Source: a virus (Duplodnaviria > Caudoviricetes). From it: a stretch of 44,338 nucleotides of DNA. The first letter of the stretch is position 1. Each line of letters opens with the position of its first letter. Positions 9,582 to 19,233 of the stretch are shown piece after piece. The translations under genes and the position numbers were made by a program. The notes below the pieces were generated by a model, which saw nothing but the letters and a program-made list of their open reading frames with translations, was not told the DNA's origin and searched no databases. The stretch spans positions 1-44,338 of the IMG/VR virus record IMGVR_UViG_3300034032_000018; one strand, 5' to 3'.

Positions 9582-11111
9582 GTGGTCAGCGAGAACTTCA
9601 ACAAGGGCACGTCAGCCGGCTGGGGTCCTTCGACAACGTGGCGCGCTGGGCTCGGCACAATGGGGACGAACGCCGACCGCGGCACCTTCGTCAGCCCCAC
9701 GCCCAACCACGGCACCGGCATCTGCACGGTGGCGCTGGGCAGTCCCAACATGTACTCCGAGGTCGACGTCCCCACCGGACGCGACACGCACGTCGATCTG
9801 CGCGCTAGCTCGAGCGGTCAGACGTGGTACATGTGCACGCTGACCTTCGAGTCGAAGCTCGTCGTCGAGCGCTGCAACAACGGCATCTTCACCACCGTCG
9901 GCAGCGCCTTCCAGTGCTCCACGACGTCGCGACCGGGTCGGCTGCGCGCTGAGATCGACGGCTCCACGATCAAGATGACGTGGGGCGGGCAGACGCACAC
10001 GGTTACCGACACGAACATCCAGTCCGGTGAGTACGCAGGCGCCGGAATCTACATGGGCAACCTGTTCAGCTTCTACCTGGACAACTGGACTGCGGACTCG
10101 CTGGTAAAGCCGCCGTCTCCGATCAAGATCGGCAACTTCTCGGAGAACTTCCCCGGCAGCGCAATCAACACGGGCATCTGGGGTTCCAATGGCGGGGTCA
10201 CGGTCGCCAACAATGTCGCGACGTTCCAGCAGACCGCCGCCTATTACGCGATCACCAGCAATGCAACCTATGACTGGCTCGACTCATCGCTGTTCTTCAA
10301 GCTCGAGGACAGCCAGAACCTCTCGACCAGTACTCGAGAAGCCGGCTGCGAAGCGTGGTTCAACGACGACAACAAGGTGCTGATCTACCACTCCGTCAAC
10401 CGCCTCATGGCTGCCGTGAGATCTGGCGGCGTGTACCAGGCCAACCCCTTCGACATCCCCTACGACCCAGTACAGCACGCTTACCTCCGCATGCGCTGTC
10501 TCACCGACAAGCGCTGGGCCTTCGACACGAGCCCCGACGGCAGGACTTGGACGCAGCGTGGCGTCAGCGCCAGTGCTGTCGGCTGGGACGTCCGCAACAC
10601 CAAGATCAACATCTGGACAGGGTTCTGGGGCACCGACACCGGCACCCACACGTCGAAGTTCTCGCGCATCAACGTCACAGGCGCTGCGATGGTCCTGGCA
10701 GGCTCGCTGCGACCCACGGGCGCCCTGCAGCGGGTGCAGCCTCCGAAGCGGCTCAGCGGCTCTGTGGCGGCGGCTGGAACCTTCCTCAAGCAGAAGGTCG
10801 CGTGGCGCACGTTCGCCGGGTCGTCCAGTCCGGTCGGGACCTTCGCGAAGACCGGCCTGCTCCGCAAGACCGCGACCATCGCCACCTACGCGCTGACCTC
10901 CAAGCGCGGCTGGAAGATGCCTCGCGGCTCCGTAGCGCCGGGGAGCGGGACCGTTCGTCGGACGCCGATCCGGCGCTTCCCGTCGACCATCGCGCTGCAC
11001 AGCCTGTTCACGCCGATCAAGCTCGGTCGCATCCTCGGACGTGCCGGAAGTGCGATCATCACCTTTACGGCGTCGGTCGGCGAGATCCGCCTCCGCTTCC
11101 GTCGACACTAG
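9582..11111 (+). CDS. putative fibre / receptor-binding protein with lectin-like (ConA-type) beta-sandwich domains
   Basis: Rich in Thr/Ser/Gly/Trp; YDPVQHAYLRMR...FDTSPDGRTW segment; basic repetitive C-terminus. Confidence 0.55.
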   Translation: MVSENFNKGTSAGWGPSTTWRAGLGTMGTNADRGTFVSPTPNHGTGICTVALGSPNMYSEVDVPTGRDTHVDLRASSSGQTWYMCTLTFESKLVVERCNNGIFTTVGSAFQCSTTSRPGRLRAEIDGSTIKMTWGGQTHTVTDTNIQSGEYAGAGIYMGNLFSFYLDNWTADSLVKPPSPIKIGNFSENFPGSAINTGIWGSNGGVTVANNVATFQQTAAYYAITSNATYDWLDSSLFFKLEDSQNLSTSTREAGCEAWFNDDNKVLIYHSVNRLMAAVRSGGVYQANPFDIPYDPVQHAYLRMRCLTDKRWAFDTSPDGRTWTQRGVSASAVGWDVRNTKINIWTGFWGTDTGTHTSKFSRINVTGAAMVLAGSLRPTGALQRVQPPKRLSGSVAAAGTFLKQKVAWRTFAGSSSPVGTFAKTGLLRKTATIATYALTSKRGWKMPRGSVAPGSGTVRRTPIRRFPSTIALHSLFTPIKLGRILGRAGSAIITFTASVGEIRLRFRRH

Positions 11112-11120
11112 GAGCACGCC

Positions 11121-11411
11121 ATGGCGCAGCAGTTCGTCGAGGGCGGGTCCATCATCGCTCAGGTCGAGTTCCGGCTTGAGGGCGTGCGGGTCGATCCGGT
11201 GATCGTCCGCGCCTTCGTCCGACACCCCAGCGGTAACCTCGAGGAGATCTCGTTTCCCTCGACCCACTTCGTGAAGGTCGACATCGGCCTCTACGAGCTC
11301 ACAGTCCTCGCCGACGAGCCGGGCACCTGGGCGTTCCGCGCCGTGGGGACCGGGACAATCGACGCGGTGCAAGAGGGCGTGGTCAACGTGATCTCGTCCA
11401 ACGTGATCTGA
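11121..11411 (+). CDS. small Ig-like structural/adaptor protein
   Basis: AGGAG RBS; all-beta pattern GLYEL....EPGTWAFRAVGTG. Confidence 0.55.
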   Translation: MAQQFVEGGSIIAQVEFRLEGVRVDPVIVRAFVRHPSGNLEEISFPSTHFVKVDIGLYELTVLADEPGTWAFRAVGTGTIDAVQEGVVNVISSNVI

Positions 11412-11424
11412 CAGGAGACTGAGC

Positions 11425-11604
11425 ATGGCGCGCAAGTCCACCACCGACAGCGGAGAGAAGCCGGTCAGCAAGATCGTCGGCGACTACCCCGAGCGTCCCT
11501 ACGGCGACGCCGTCTCCGACGAGCACCGTGAAGTGCTCAAGGAGGCCGGCTACGACGTCGCCAAGAAGACCGAGGGCGACCCGACCCTCGCGCCCGGCGC
11601 ATGA
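11425..11604 (+). CDS. small hypothetical protein (59 aa, MARKSTTDSGEKP...), absent from the ORF track
   Basis: CAGGAG RBS, ATG 11425, stop TGA overlapping the next ATG (ATGA 11601-11604). Confidence 0.7.
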   Translation: MARKSTTDSGEKPVSKIVGDYPERPYGDAVSDEHREVLKEAGYDVAKKTEGDPTLAPGA

Positions 11605-11978
11605 GCATCGGCGCAGCGGTCGAGGGAGGGCGCCGTCTGATCGAGGGCTCCTTCCTCGACCGCTGCGTCATCCTCGACGTCACCGAGGAGGCCGACGGCT
11701 CCGGTGGCACCACGACGACGTACACGCCGCGGGCCCTCGACGTCCCGTGCCGCTTCACCGCCTTGACCGAGACCGACGTGCGCGTGGTCGCGGGCTCGGC
11801 CTACGGCGCCGCCACGGCGACGTGCCAGGTCTCGGTCGACCTGCAGGTCCCCGAGGGCGCCTACGTCCAGAACGTCGACCACGACGACGCCTTCTGGCTC
11901 GTCGTCGGCGACCGGACGCCCCCCAGTGCCACGGCGACGGTGCGGCGCCTGCTGGTGCGCGAGGCATCCTGGCGATGA
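11601..11978 (+). CDS. head-tail stopper / closure protein
   Basis: FLDRCVI....DGSGG......VPCR pattern; position before the gp10-like gene. Confidence 0.7.
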   Translation: MSIGAAVEGGRRLIEGSFLDRCVILDVTEEADGSGGTTTTYTPRALDVPCRFTALTETDVRVVAGSAYGAATATCQVSVDLQVPEGAYVQNVDHDDAFWLVVGDRTPPSATATVRRLLVREASWR

Positions 11979-12343
11979 GCGTCCGAGTCCGCGTCAACCT
12001 CAAGACCAACCGCGTCCCCGCGGTGATCGAGGCGATGCCCAAGGAGATCGACGCCGGGGTCGACGGTGAGGCGCGAGCCATGGCGAACGAGCTGCAGGGC
12101 ATCGTCTGGCGGCGCTACGGCTACATCAGGGGCGCCACGGTGGCGCGGACAGCCGGCGCGATGTACCACGCCGAGGTCTGGGTGGGCTACAACCGGGCGC
12201 AGGGCTTCTACTCGCGCTTCCAGGAGTGGGGCACGATCTACCAGGCGCCACGGCCCATCGTCGGGCCGACGGCGCACGCCCACGAGCCCCTCTATGCTCA
12301 GCGCATGGCCCAAGCAGTCAAGGACGCGTGCAACGCCGGATGA
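11975..12343 (+). CDS. HK97 gp10-like tail completion protein
   Basis: YSRFQEWGT..QAPRP motif; ATGA overlaps at both ends. Confidence 0.75.
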   Translation: MSVRVRVNLKTNRVPAVIEAMPKEIDAGVDGEARAMANELQGIVWRRYGYIRGATVARTAGAMYHAEVWVGYNRAQGFYSRFQEWGTIYQAPRPIVGPTAHAHEPLYAQRMAQAVKDACNAG

Positions 12344-12771
12344 GCAGTGGCATCGAGCCCGTCGACATCGTCGACCCCTGGCTCTACTCGACGCTCGCGA
12401 ACGACCCGCAGATCACTGCTGCCGTCGCCAAGCGGATCTCCAACGGTGGCGCGCTGGGCCCGACCGCGACGCCGTTCATCACCTGGGACATGAACTCGTC
12501 CCGAGACATCCTCGCGCACGACGGCAGCGTGATCTTCAACGAGTCGCTGTTCGAGATCAAGGTCGTCGGGCAGGGAGGCTCCTTCGCTCCCGTAGCACCC
12601 ATTGGCAAGCGCATGGACTTCCTGCTGGGTGCTGCCACGAATGTCGAGGTCCCCGGCAAGGGCTGGGTCAGCAGTCGTCGAGACCGCGTGATCCGCTACG
12701 TCGAGTTGGACGACAACGTCCAGTACCGGCACCTCGGAGCGATCTACCGCATCACCGCTCACGCCCTGTAG
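12340..12771 (+). CDS. tail terminator protein
   Basis: LYSTL..DPQI.....RI...PFITW pattern; directly before the major tail gene. Confidence 0.7.
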   Translation: MSSGIEPVDIVDPWLYSTLANDPQITAAVAKRISNGGALGPTATPFITWDMNSSRDILAHDGSVIFNESLFEIKVVGQGGSFAPVAPIGKRMDFLLGAATNVEVPGKGWVSSRRDRVIRYVELDDNVQYRHLGAIYRITAHAL

Positions 12772-12831
12772 CAGATCTCTGGCAGACTGTCGACGGAGAG
12801 TCACTCCACGTCGTCTGAGAGGAGCTTGGCT

Positions 12832-13839
12832 GTGGCCGAGCGCAGTACCATCAGCCAGTCCGTCCAGATCGGCGTCGAGGCCACTCCTGGCACCGCCGTC
12901 GCCGCTACCCGCCGACTGGGAAGCCTCGGCTTCTCCGTGGGCGTCCAGACCGAGGTCAGCGCCCGGCGCCCCATCGGCCAGAAGTACGCATCGCTGCAGG
13001 TGCTCGGCAAGGAGTGGTCCGAGGCCGACCTCGAGGGTGGCCCGGTCTACACCGAGCTCCCCTACCTGTTCGCCTCGCTGCTGTCCGAGCCGACCGTCAC
13101 GCAGGTCATGGGTGAGGGCGCAGTCCCGACCGGCGCCTACCGCTGGGTCTTCGACACGTCCACGTTCGGCGAGGACAACCCGACGACCTTCACCTTGGAG
13201 CAGGGCTCGGGTGCCCGCGCTCACCGCCTGACCAACGGCATCATCACCGACTTCGACCTCTCGTGGGGCCGCGAGGAGATCGAGATCGGCGGCACCTTGC
13301 TGGGCCGTGCCATCGAGGACGGCATCACGCTGACCCCGAACCCGACCGGCCTGGCCCAGATCCCGGTCAAGCCGACCGACCTGTCGGTCTACCTCGACAG
13401 CAGTGCCGGCACGCTGGGCACCACGAAGCTCCTGCGCGCTCTGTCCGGCGAGGTCTCGCTCGGCTCGCGCTACGCCCCGCTCTGGGTCGTCGACCGCGAC
13501 CAGCCGTCGTTCGTCACGACCATCGAAGGTGAGCCCGAGCTGGAGTTCACCGTCGTGCAGATGGCTGACCAGCAGGGCATGGAGAACCTCCTCGCCCTGC
13601 GTGGTGGCGCGACGCGCTTCCTGCGCCTCGAGGCAGTCGGCCCGGTCATCTTCGGGAGCGGTGCCGGCGCCGTGCGGCACTCCATGGCTATCGACATCGC
13701 GGGCCAGGTGTCCGAGGTCGGCGAGTTCTCCGACGAGGACGGCGTCTACGCCGTGGAGTGGACCTTCGGCGGCGTCCACAACCCCGAGTGGGGCAAGGCG
13801 ATGCACGTCGAGGTCGTCACCACGACCGCCACGCTCTAG
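12832..13839 (+). CDS. major tail (tube) protein
   Basis: VQIGVEATPGTAVAAT N-terminus, TFTLEQG; GAGGAG RBS favours GTG 12832 over TTG 12826; followed by a hairpin, chaperone and tape measure. Confidence 0.88.
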   Translation: MAERSTISQSVQIGVEATPGTAVAATRRLGSLGFSVGVQTEVSARRPIGQKYASLQVLGKEWSEADLEGGPVYTELPYLFASLLSEPTVTQVMGEGAVPTGAYRWVFDTSTFGEDNPTTFTLEQGSGARAHRLTNGIITDFDLSWGREEIEIGGTLLGRAIEDGITLTPNPTGLAQIPVKPTDLSVYLDSSAGTLGTTKLLRALSGEVSLGSRYAPLWVVDRDQPSFVTTIEGEPELEFTVVQMADQQGMENLLALRGGATRFLRLEAVGPVIFGSGAGAVRHSMAIDIAGQVSEVGEFSDEDGVYAVEWTFGGVHNPEWGKAMHVEVVTTTATL

Positions 13840-13850
13840 CCCAGCAACGC

Positions 13851-13884
13851 CGAGAGGGGCCCCGCTTAGGCAGGGCCCCTCTCG
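13851..13884 (+). terminator. hairpin terminator after the major tail gene
   Basis: Perfect 12-bp stem CGAGAGGGGCCC / GGGCCCCTCTCG with a 10-nt loop; no U-tract. Confidence 0.7.
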
Positions 13885-13943
13885 CATGCTCAGCACTCCC
13901 CAGTGCTGCCCCCGGAAGCGAGGCATGGTGAGTGTACCCAGAC

Positions 13944-13973
13944 TTGGCATGCACCTGTCAAGCGTGGCACACT
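13944..13973 (+). promoter_or_regulatory. putative promoter with CTGTCAA operator half-site
   Basis: TTGGCA-N18-CACACT with ACCTGTCAA in the spacer. Confidence 0.4.
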
Positions 13974-14010
13974 GATCACCGACAGTCACAGCCCCGACGA
14001 TGGGATCCGA

Positions 14011-14319
14011 GTGAAGATCAGCCAGGCCACCGCCGACTCCAAGCCCTGCAGTGCCACCTTCGGCGAGAACGTCCTCAACTTCGTGTACCGCCCGCTGACC
14101 TACACGGTCGCCGAGATGGAGGCGATGCAGGAGGACACCCCGCGGCCCGGCGCCATCATCGAGTCGATGATGAAGCTGCTCGTCTCCTGGGACCTCACGG
14201 ACGAGGACGACGTCGTCATCCCGCTCGAGGCCGACGCGCTCCGCACGATCCCGAGCCACATCTTCACCGGCATCATGCAGGCTGTCGGGAAGGACCAGAC
14301 CCCCTCGGGGGAAGCGTAA
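14011..14319 (+). CDS. tail assembly chaperone (G)
   Basis: Between major tail and tape measure genes; LLVSWDLTDEDD..IPL motif; ends just after a slippery site; start uncertain. Confidence 0.8.
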   Translation: MKISQATADSKPCSATFGENVLNFVYRPLTYTVAEMEAMQEDTPRPGAIIESMMKLLVSWDLTDEDDVVIPLEADALRTIPSHIFTGIMQAVGKDQTPSGEA

Positions 14320-14543
14320 CGCTGCTCCGTCGGTACCTGACCACGCGGGGCACCGTCGTCGAGGCGTCGGAAGTCCCTGAGTGGTACTGGGTCCTCCGAG
14401 CAGCGAAGTACCTGGGGGTCGCGCCATGGGACCTCGTCGCGAAGCCTGTGTGGTGGATGCGGGTAGCCTTGGCCGCAGAGGGCGCCGAAGCGGCGGCGGC
14501 GAACGCGCAGCAGAGCAAGGGCGCGTCGAAGACGAAGGGGTAG
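14307..14543 (+). CDS. tail assembly chaperone G-T extension via -1 frameshift
   Basis: G GGG GAA at 14307-14313; the -1 frame is open to TAG 14543 and encodes WYWVLRAAKYLGVAPWDL. Confidence 0.8.
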   Translation, partial: GGSVTLLRRYLTTRGTVVEASEVPEWYWVLRAAKYLGVAPWDLVAKPVWWMRVALAAEGAEAAAANAQQSKGASKTKG

Positions 14544-14546
14544 CGC

Positions 14547-17500
14547 GTGCCCACGGTCGCCGAGCTCGACGTCCAGATCGACGCGACCAACAACGCGCAG
14601 GACGAGCTCGTCGCACTGCAGGCCATGCTCGCAGCGCTGAGCGGCACGGACGCGAACATCGATGTCCGAGCCGATACCGGAGCGGCTGAGCGCGACCTCG
14701 CGCAACTCACGGCGCTGCTGCGTGCGCTGGCCTCGACGCCGAGCACGGTCGAGGTGGAGGCCGCCACGGCTGCCGCGCAGGCTCGGATCAACGAGTTGCA
14801 GCGCGAGGTCGACCGGGTCGTCAACTCGCCGCACACCGTCACCATCGAGGGCGAGACTGCAGCGCTCGAGGCGAAGCTGGCGCGGATCCGCGCCGAGACC
14901 GACGAGTTGCGCGACCTCCGTCTGCAGGTCGAGGTCGAGGCTGCGACCGGCACAGCCGAGGCGAACCTGCGTCGCCTGCAGAGCAGCATCGAGTCGATCA
15001 CCGAGCGGGTCGACGTCAACATCGACGCGGTCGGCGTCGAGCAGGTCATCGCGCAGATCCGCGGCATCGAGTCGGCGATCACGAGCATCGACGGCAACGT
15101 CAAGGTCGACGCTGACACGGCGGCGGCGCGGGCACAGCTTGAGTCGCTGCGAGCCTTGGCGACCAACATGCAGGCGCAGATCAAGGTCGACGCCGACACC
15201 GCGCAGGCCAACGCGAAGCTGCTGCAGGTCCAGGCGGCGGCGCGGGCGCTCGAAGCCACCATGCCGGTCGACGCGGAGACCGGCGCCGCCCTGGCGAAGA
15301 TCCGCGGGCTCGAGTCAGCGATCAACGCCATCGACGCGAACATCGACATCGACGTCGACACTGCGGCGGCTCGAGCGCAACTCACCGCGCTCAAGTCACA
15401 GCTCGACGCCATCGACCGGATGCGTGTCGAGCCCAAGGTCGGCACGGGTGGCCTGGAGAACCTCGCTGTCGCTGCCGAGCGCGCTGGTACCAACGTCCGT
15501 GGCCTCATGAGCGCCGGGCTACTGCTGTGGCCTGCCCTTGTCCCCATGGCGGGCGCTGCGACCGCTGCGGTCGGCGGCTTCGCGACAGCGGTCTCCGTCG
15601 CGGGCATCGGGACCGGGCTGTTCGCCGCCGTGGCGGTGACCAACTACAACGACGTCACCGAGGCGTCCAAGCGCATCACGCAGGCCACCGAGGAGTACGA
15701 CCGGGCGACGACCGACGCGGCGCGCTCCACGGCGCTCGCCAAGATCCAGGCGCAGTGGGACCTGCTGACCCCGGCGCAGGCCGAGGCTGTCCGCGAGCTC
15801 CGCAACTTCCAGACGACGTGGGCCGACTTCGCTGGGCAGTTCCAGCCGCAGGTCTTCGAGATCGCCTCCAACGGTCTCGGGATGATCAGTGAGTTGCTCC
15901 CGCAGATCTCGCCCATGGTGCAGAGCGTCGCGGACACCTTCGTCGACCTCGGCGAGCGCATGCGGACCGCGCTGCAGGGCGACTTCTGGCAGGACTTCAT
16001 CGGCATGCTCAACGAGCAGGCCGGACCTGCCATCGACACGCTGATCACCGGCTTCGGCAACATCATCCAGGGCTTCGCCGGGATCCTCATGGCCTTCGCG
16101 CCCTTCCAGGCGCAGTGGAACGCCGGCTTCGTCAACATGACGGCTCGCTTCGCCGAGTGGGGCCGGGAGTTGGGCGCGAGCCAGGGCTTCCGCGACTTCA
16201 TGTCGTACGCGCAGGCCGCGATCCCCGCCGTCAACGACTTCCTCGGCTCGCTGCTCGACGCCCTCGTCGCCATCGTGCGCGCCGTGGCGCCCTACGGTGA
16301 CCTCGTCCTCGGTGCGCTCACCGCCGTGCTCGACGTGATCGCCGCGATGGGCCAGCACGCACCCGGCCTGCTCGCGCTCGTCGTCGCGTTCACCGGCATC
16401 GCCGCTGCCGCCGTGGCGCTCGCTGGCCCCATCGCCTCGGTGCTCCGCATCGGGCAGCTGCTTTGGCCCGTCATGACCGGCCTCGCCGCCGCCGTGGGGC
16501 TGGGAGTCGGGCCCTTCGTCGCCATCGCCGCGGGCGTCGCGCTCGCAGCGGGCGCCTTTGCTGCGGCCTACTTCCAGTTCGAGGGCTTCCGCGAGGTCGT
16601 CAACAACGTCGCTCGAGCGGTCGTCGAGGGGCTCGGCCAGATGGTTGCTTGGCTGCAGGCGACGCTCGGCCCCGCCGTCGCTGCGGTCGGCACCTTCATC
16701 AAGGCCGAGTGGGACAAGTGGGTCGTCTGGGCGCAGACCATGGCGCCGCAGTTCGCTGCTGCGTGGCAGTCCATCGTCACCGGCATCCAGGCGTTCGGCG
16801 CCATGGTCGCTGCAGTGTGGGGGCAGATCTGGCCCTTCCTCGCGCCGGTCGTGCAGGCCGCGTGGGATCTGATCAAGGCTGTGATCTCTGCCGCCATGGA
16901 GATCATCCGCGGCGTCATCACGGTCGGGCTCGGCGTCATCAACGGCGACTGGACGACCATCTGGAACGGCATGGTCATGATCGTCCAGGCCGTGTGGGGC
17001 CTGATCGGCGGCATCATCAGCGCCGCGTGGGCCGTGATCAGCGGGCTGTTCATGGCTGCCATCGCTGAGATCAAGAGCCAGTGGGACGCCTTCTGGAACG
17101 GGCTCGGCACTATCGTCTCGACGGTGTGGGGCCTGATCACCGCGGCTGCTGCAGCAGGTTGGGCCATGCTGCAGGCGGCGTTCGCTGCTGGCGGCGCCAT
17201 GCTCAGTGCGGCGTGGAGCCTGCTGTGGACGACGCTGACCACCGTCGCCTCGACAGTCTGGGCGGGGATTCAGGCTGCGGCATCTGCCGGCTGGGCAGCG
17301 CTCACCGCGATCTTCTCGGCCATGGGCGCCGTACTCACGACCATCTGGAACGCACTCTGGGCCGTCTTCGCCCCGGTCGTGTCTGCGGCGTGGGCGGTCA
17401 CCCAGGCAGTCGTCGGTGCGGGCATCGCGATCATCCAGGCGCTCATCAGCGCCTTCGTGTCGATCATCGGCGCGATCTGGTCGGCCTTCTGGAACGCGGG

Positions 17501-19220
17501 CTTCATGGAGCCGGTGCGTCTCGCGTGGGCTGCAGTCCAGATCGCAGTGCAGACCGGCGTCACCATGATCCAAGCGCTCATCACCGCGTTTATCGCCGCC
17601 GTGCAAGCCGTCTGGGCGGTGTTCTGGACGGCGCTCTCGACGGTCGTCACTGTGGCGTGGACGACCGTGCAGGCCGCGGTTGCCGCAGGCGTCGCCATGG
17701 TGCAGGCTGCGATCACTGCGTTCATCGCCGCTGTGCAGGCCGTGTGGACGGTGTTCTGGACGACGCTGTCGACTGCCGTCACGGCGGCATGGGCGCTGAT
17801 CGGCGCGGCGGTCTCGACCGGCGTTGCCGCCGTGCAGGCGATGTTCACCGCGTTCATCGCTGCCGTGCAGGCTGTCTGGACTGCCTTCTGGGTCGCACTG
17901 CAGACGGCGGCGCAGACCGCATGGACGACGATCTCCGCAGCGGTTCAGGCCGGCGTCACCGCTGTCCAGACTGTGATCACGACCTTCATCTCGACGATCA
18001 CGACCGCCTGGTCGACCTTCTGGACCGCGCTCGGCACGGTGCTGACCACCGCGATCACCACCATGCAGACGACGATCACGACCTTCATCACCGCTGCGAC
18101 GACCGTGATCACGACCTTCATCTCGACGATCACGACGCAGTGGCAGACCTGGCTCACCACGATCCAGACCGCGCTGCAGACGGCGTTCACGACGATGACG
18201 ACGATCATCCAGACCGCCATGACCACGATCCAGACCGTGATCACGACGGCGTGGACGACCATCACCACTGTGATCACCACGGCGATGACCACGATCACCA
18301 CGCTCATCCAGACCGCGTGGACGACGATCACGACGGTGATCCGCACCGCCATGACCACGATCCAGACCTTGATCCAGACTGCCTGGACCACGATCACGAC
18401 GATCATCCGCACGGCGATGACCACCATCCAGACGCTCATCCAGACCGCGTGGCAGACGATCACGACGGTGATCCGCACCGCCATGACGACGATTCAGACG
18501 CTGATCTCGACCGCGTGGCAGACGATCACGACACTGGTCCGCACCGCCATGACGACGATCACCACCGTCATCCGCACCGGCTTCGAGCAGGCGCGCTCGG
18601 CGGTGCAGACCGCCATGAGCAATATCGTCTCAGCGATCCGTAGCGGCATGAGTCAGGCGCTCTCCGCAGTGCAGAACGGCATTGAGGCGATGGTTGGCTA
18701 CATCACCGGGGCTGCTGGGCGCTTCTTCTCGGCTGGCGCCTCGCTGATGAGCAGCCTCGCCGCAGGTATCTCCTCGCAGATCGGCGCGGCGGTCAGCGCC
18801 GTGGCGGGTGCCGCCGCACAGCTCGCCTCGTACCTGCCTGGCTCGCCCGCGAAGAAGGGCCCGCTGTCCGGCTCGGGCTATACCCGCATCCGTGGTCAGC
18901 ACCTCGTCGAAGACCTCGCTGCTGGTGTCGGCTCCCGTGCTCGGCTGCTCACCGCGCAGGCTCGCGATCTCGCCGACATCATGGCGATGGGCGTGTCGAG
19001 CGAGACCGCCTTCAACAAGATCACCGGTCCGCTGGGTGTCAGCGGCTCCATGGCGACAGGGGCAGGGGCAGGCGGCGGTACGATCACGCTGCAGTCCGGT
19101 GCCGTGACGCTGACCGTCCAGGTCGGCGAGGGCGTGGACATGGCTGCAGCCCGCGCCGCCTTCAACGGTGCGGGTGACGATCTCGCCGAGAAGCTCGCGC
19201 TGGCGCTGAGCCGCAAGTAG
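14547..19220 (+). CDS. tape measure protein (1557 aa)
   Basis: Longest ORF, follows the chaperone, Ala-rich helical sequence with Trp/Phe-anchored 11-residue periodicity; PGSPAKKGPLSG near the C-terminus. Confidence 0.95.
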   Translation: MPTVAELDVQIDATNNAQDELVALQAMLAALSGTDANIDVRADTGAAERDLAQLTALLRALASTPSTVEVEAATAAAQARINELQREVDRVVNSPHTVTIEGETAALEAKLARIRAETDELRDLRLQVEVEAATGTAEANLRRLQSSIESITERVDVNIDAVGVEQVIAQIRGIESAITSIDGNVKVDADTAAARAQLESLRALATNMQAQIKVDADTAQANAKLLQVQAAARALEATMPVDAETGAALAKIRGLESAINAIDANIDIDVDTAAARAQLTALKSQLDAIDRMRVEPKVGTGGLENLAVAAERAGTNVRGLMSAGLLLWPALVPMAGAATAAVGGFATAVSVAGIGTGLFAAVAVTNYNDVTEASKRITQATEEYDRATTDAARSTALAKIQAQWDLLTPAQAEAVRELRNFQTTWADFAGQFQPQVFEIASNGLGMISELLPQISPMVQSVADTFVDLGERMRTALQGDFWQDFIGMLNEQAGPAIDTLITGFGNIIQGFAGILMAFAPFQAQWNAGFVNMTARFAEWGRELGASQGFRDFMSYAQAAIPAVNDFLGSLLDALVAIVRAVAPYGDLVLGALTAVLDVIAAMGQHAPGLLALVVAFTGIAAAAVALAGPIASVLRIGQLLWPVMTGLAAAVGLGVGPFVAIAAGVALAAGAFAAAYFQFEGFREVVNNVARAVVEGLGQMVAWLQATLGPAVAAVGTFIKAEWDKWVVWAQTMAPQFAAAWQSIVTGIQAFGAMVAAVWGQIWPFLAPVVQAAWDLIKAVISAAMEIIRGVITVGLGVINGDWTTIWNGMVMIVQAVWGLIGGIISAAWAVISGLFMAAIAEIKSQWDAFWNGLGTIVSTVWGLITAAAAAGWAMLQAAFAAGGAMLSAAWSLLWTTLTTVASTVWAGIQAAASAGWAALTAIFSAMGAVLTTIWNALWAVFAPVVSAAWAVTQAVVGAGIAIIQALISAFVSIIGAIWSAFWNAGFMEPVRLAWAAVQIAVQTGVTMIQALITAFIAAVQAVWAVFWTALSTVVTVAWTTVQAAVAAGVAMVQAAITAFIAAVQAVWTVFWTTLSTAVTAAWALIGAAVSTGVAAVQAMFTAFIAAVQAVWTAFWVALQTAAQTAWTTISAAVQAGVTAVQTVITTFISTITTAWSTFWTALGTVLTTAITTMQTTITTFITAATTVITTFISTITTQWQTWLTTIQTALQTAFTTMTTIIQTAMTTIQTVITTAWTTITTVITTAMTTITTLIQTAWTTITTVIRTAMTTIQTLIQTAWTTITTIIRTAMTTIQTLIQTAWQTITTVIRTAMTTIQTLISTAWQTITTLVRTAMTTITTVIRTGFEQARSAVQTAMSNIVSAIRSGMSQALSAVQNGIEAMVGYITGAAGRFFSAGASLMSSLAAGISSQIGAAVSAVAGAAAQLASYLPGSPAKKGPLSGSGYTRIRGQHLVEDLAAGVGSRARLLTAQARDLADIMAMGVSSETAFNKITGPLGVSGSMATGAGAGGGTITLQSGAVTLTVQVGEGVDMAAARAAFNGAGDDLAEKLALALSRK
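17560..18580 (+). repeat. degenerate 33/66-bp coding tandem repeats in the tape measure
   Basis: Units such as QTAWTTITTVI / RTAMTTIQTLI recur; boundaries approximate. Confidence 0.85.
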
Positions 19221-19233
19221 AGGAGGCGCACGG

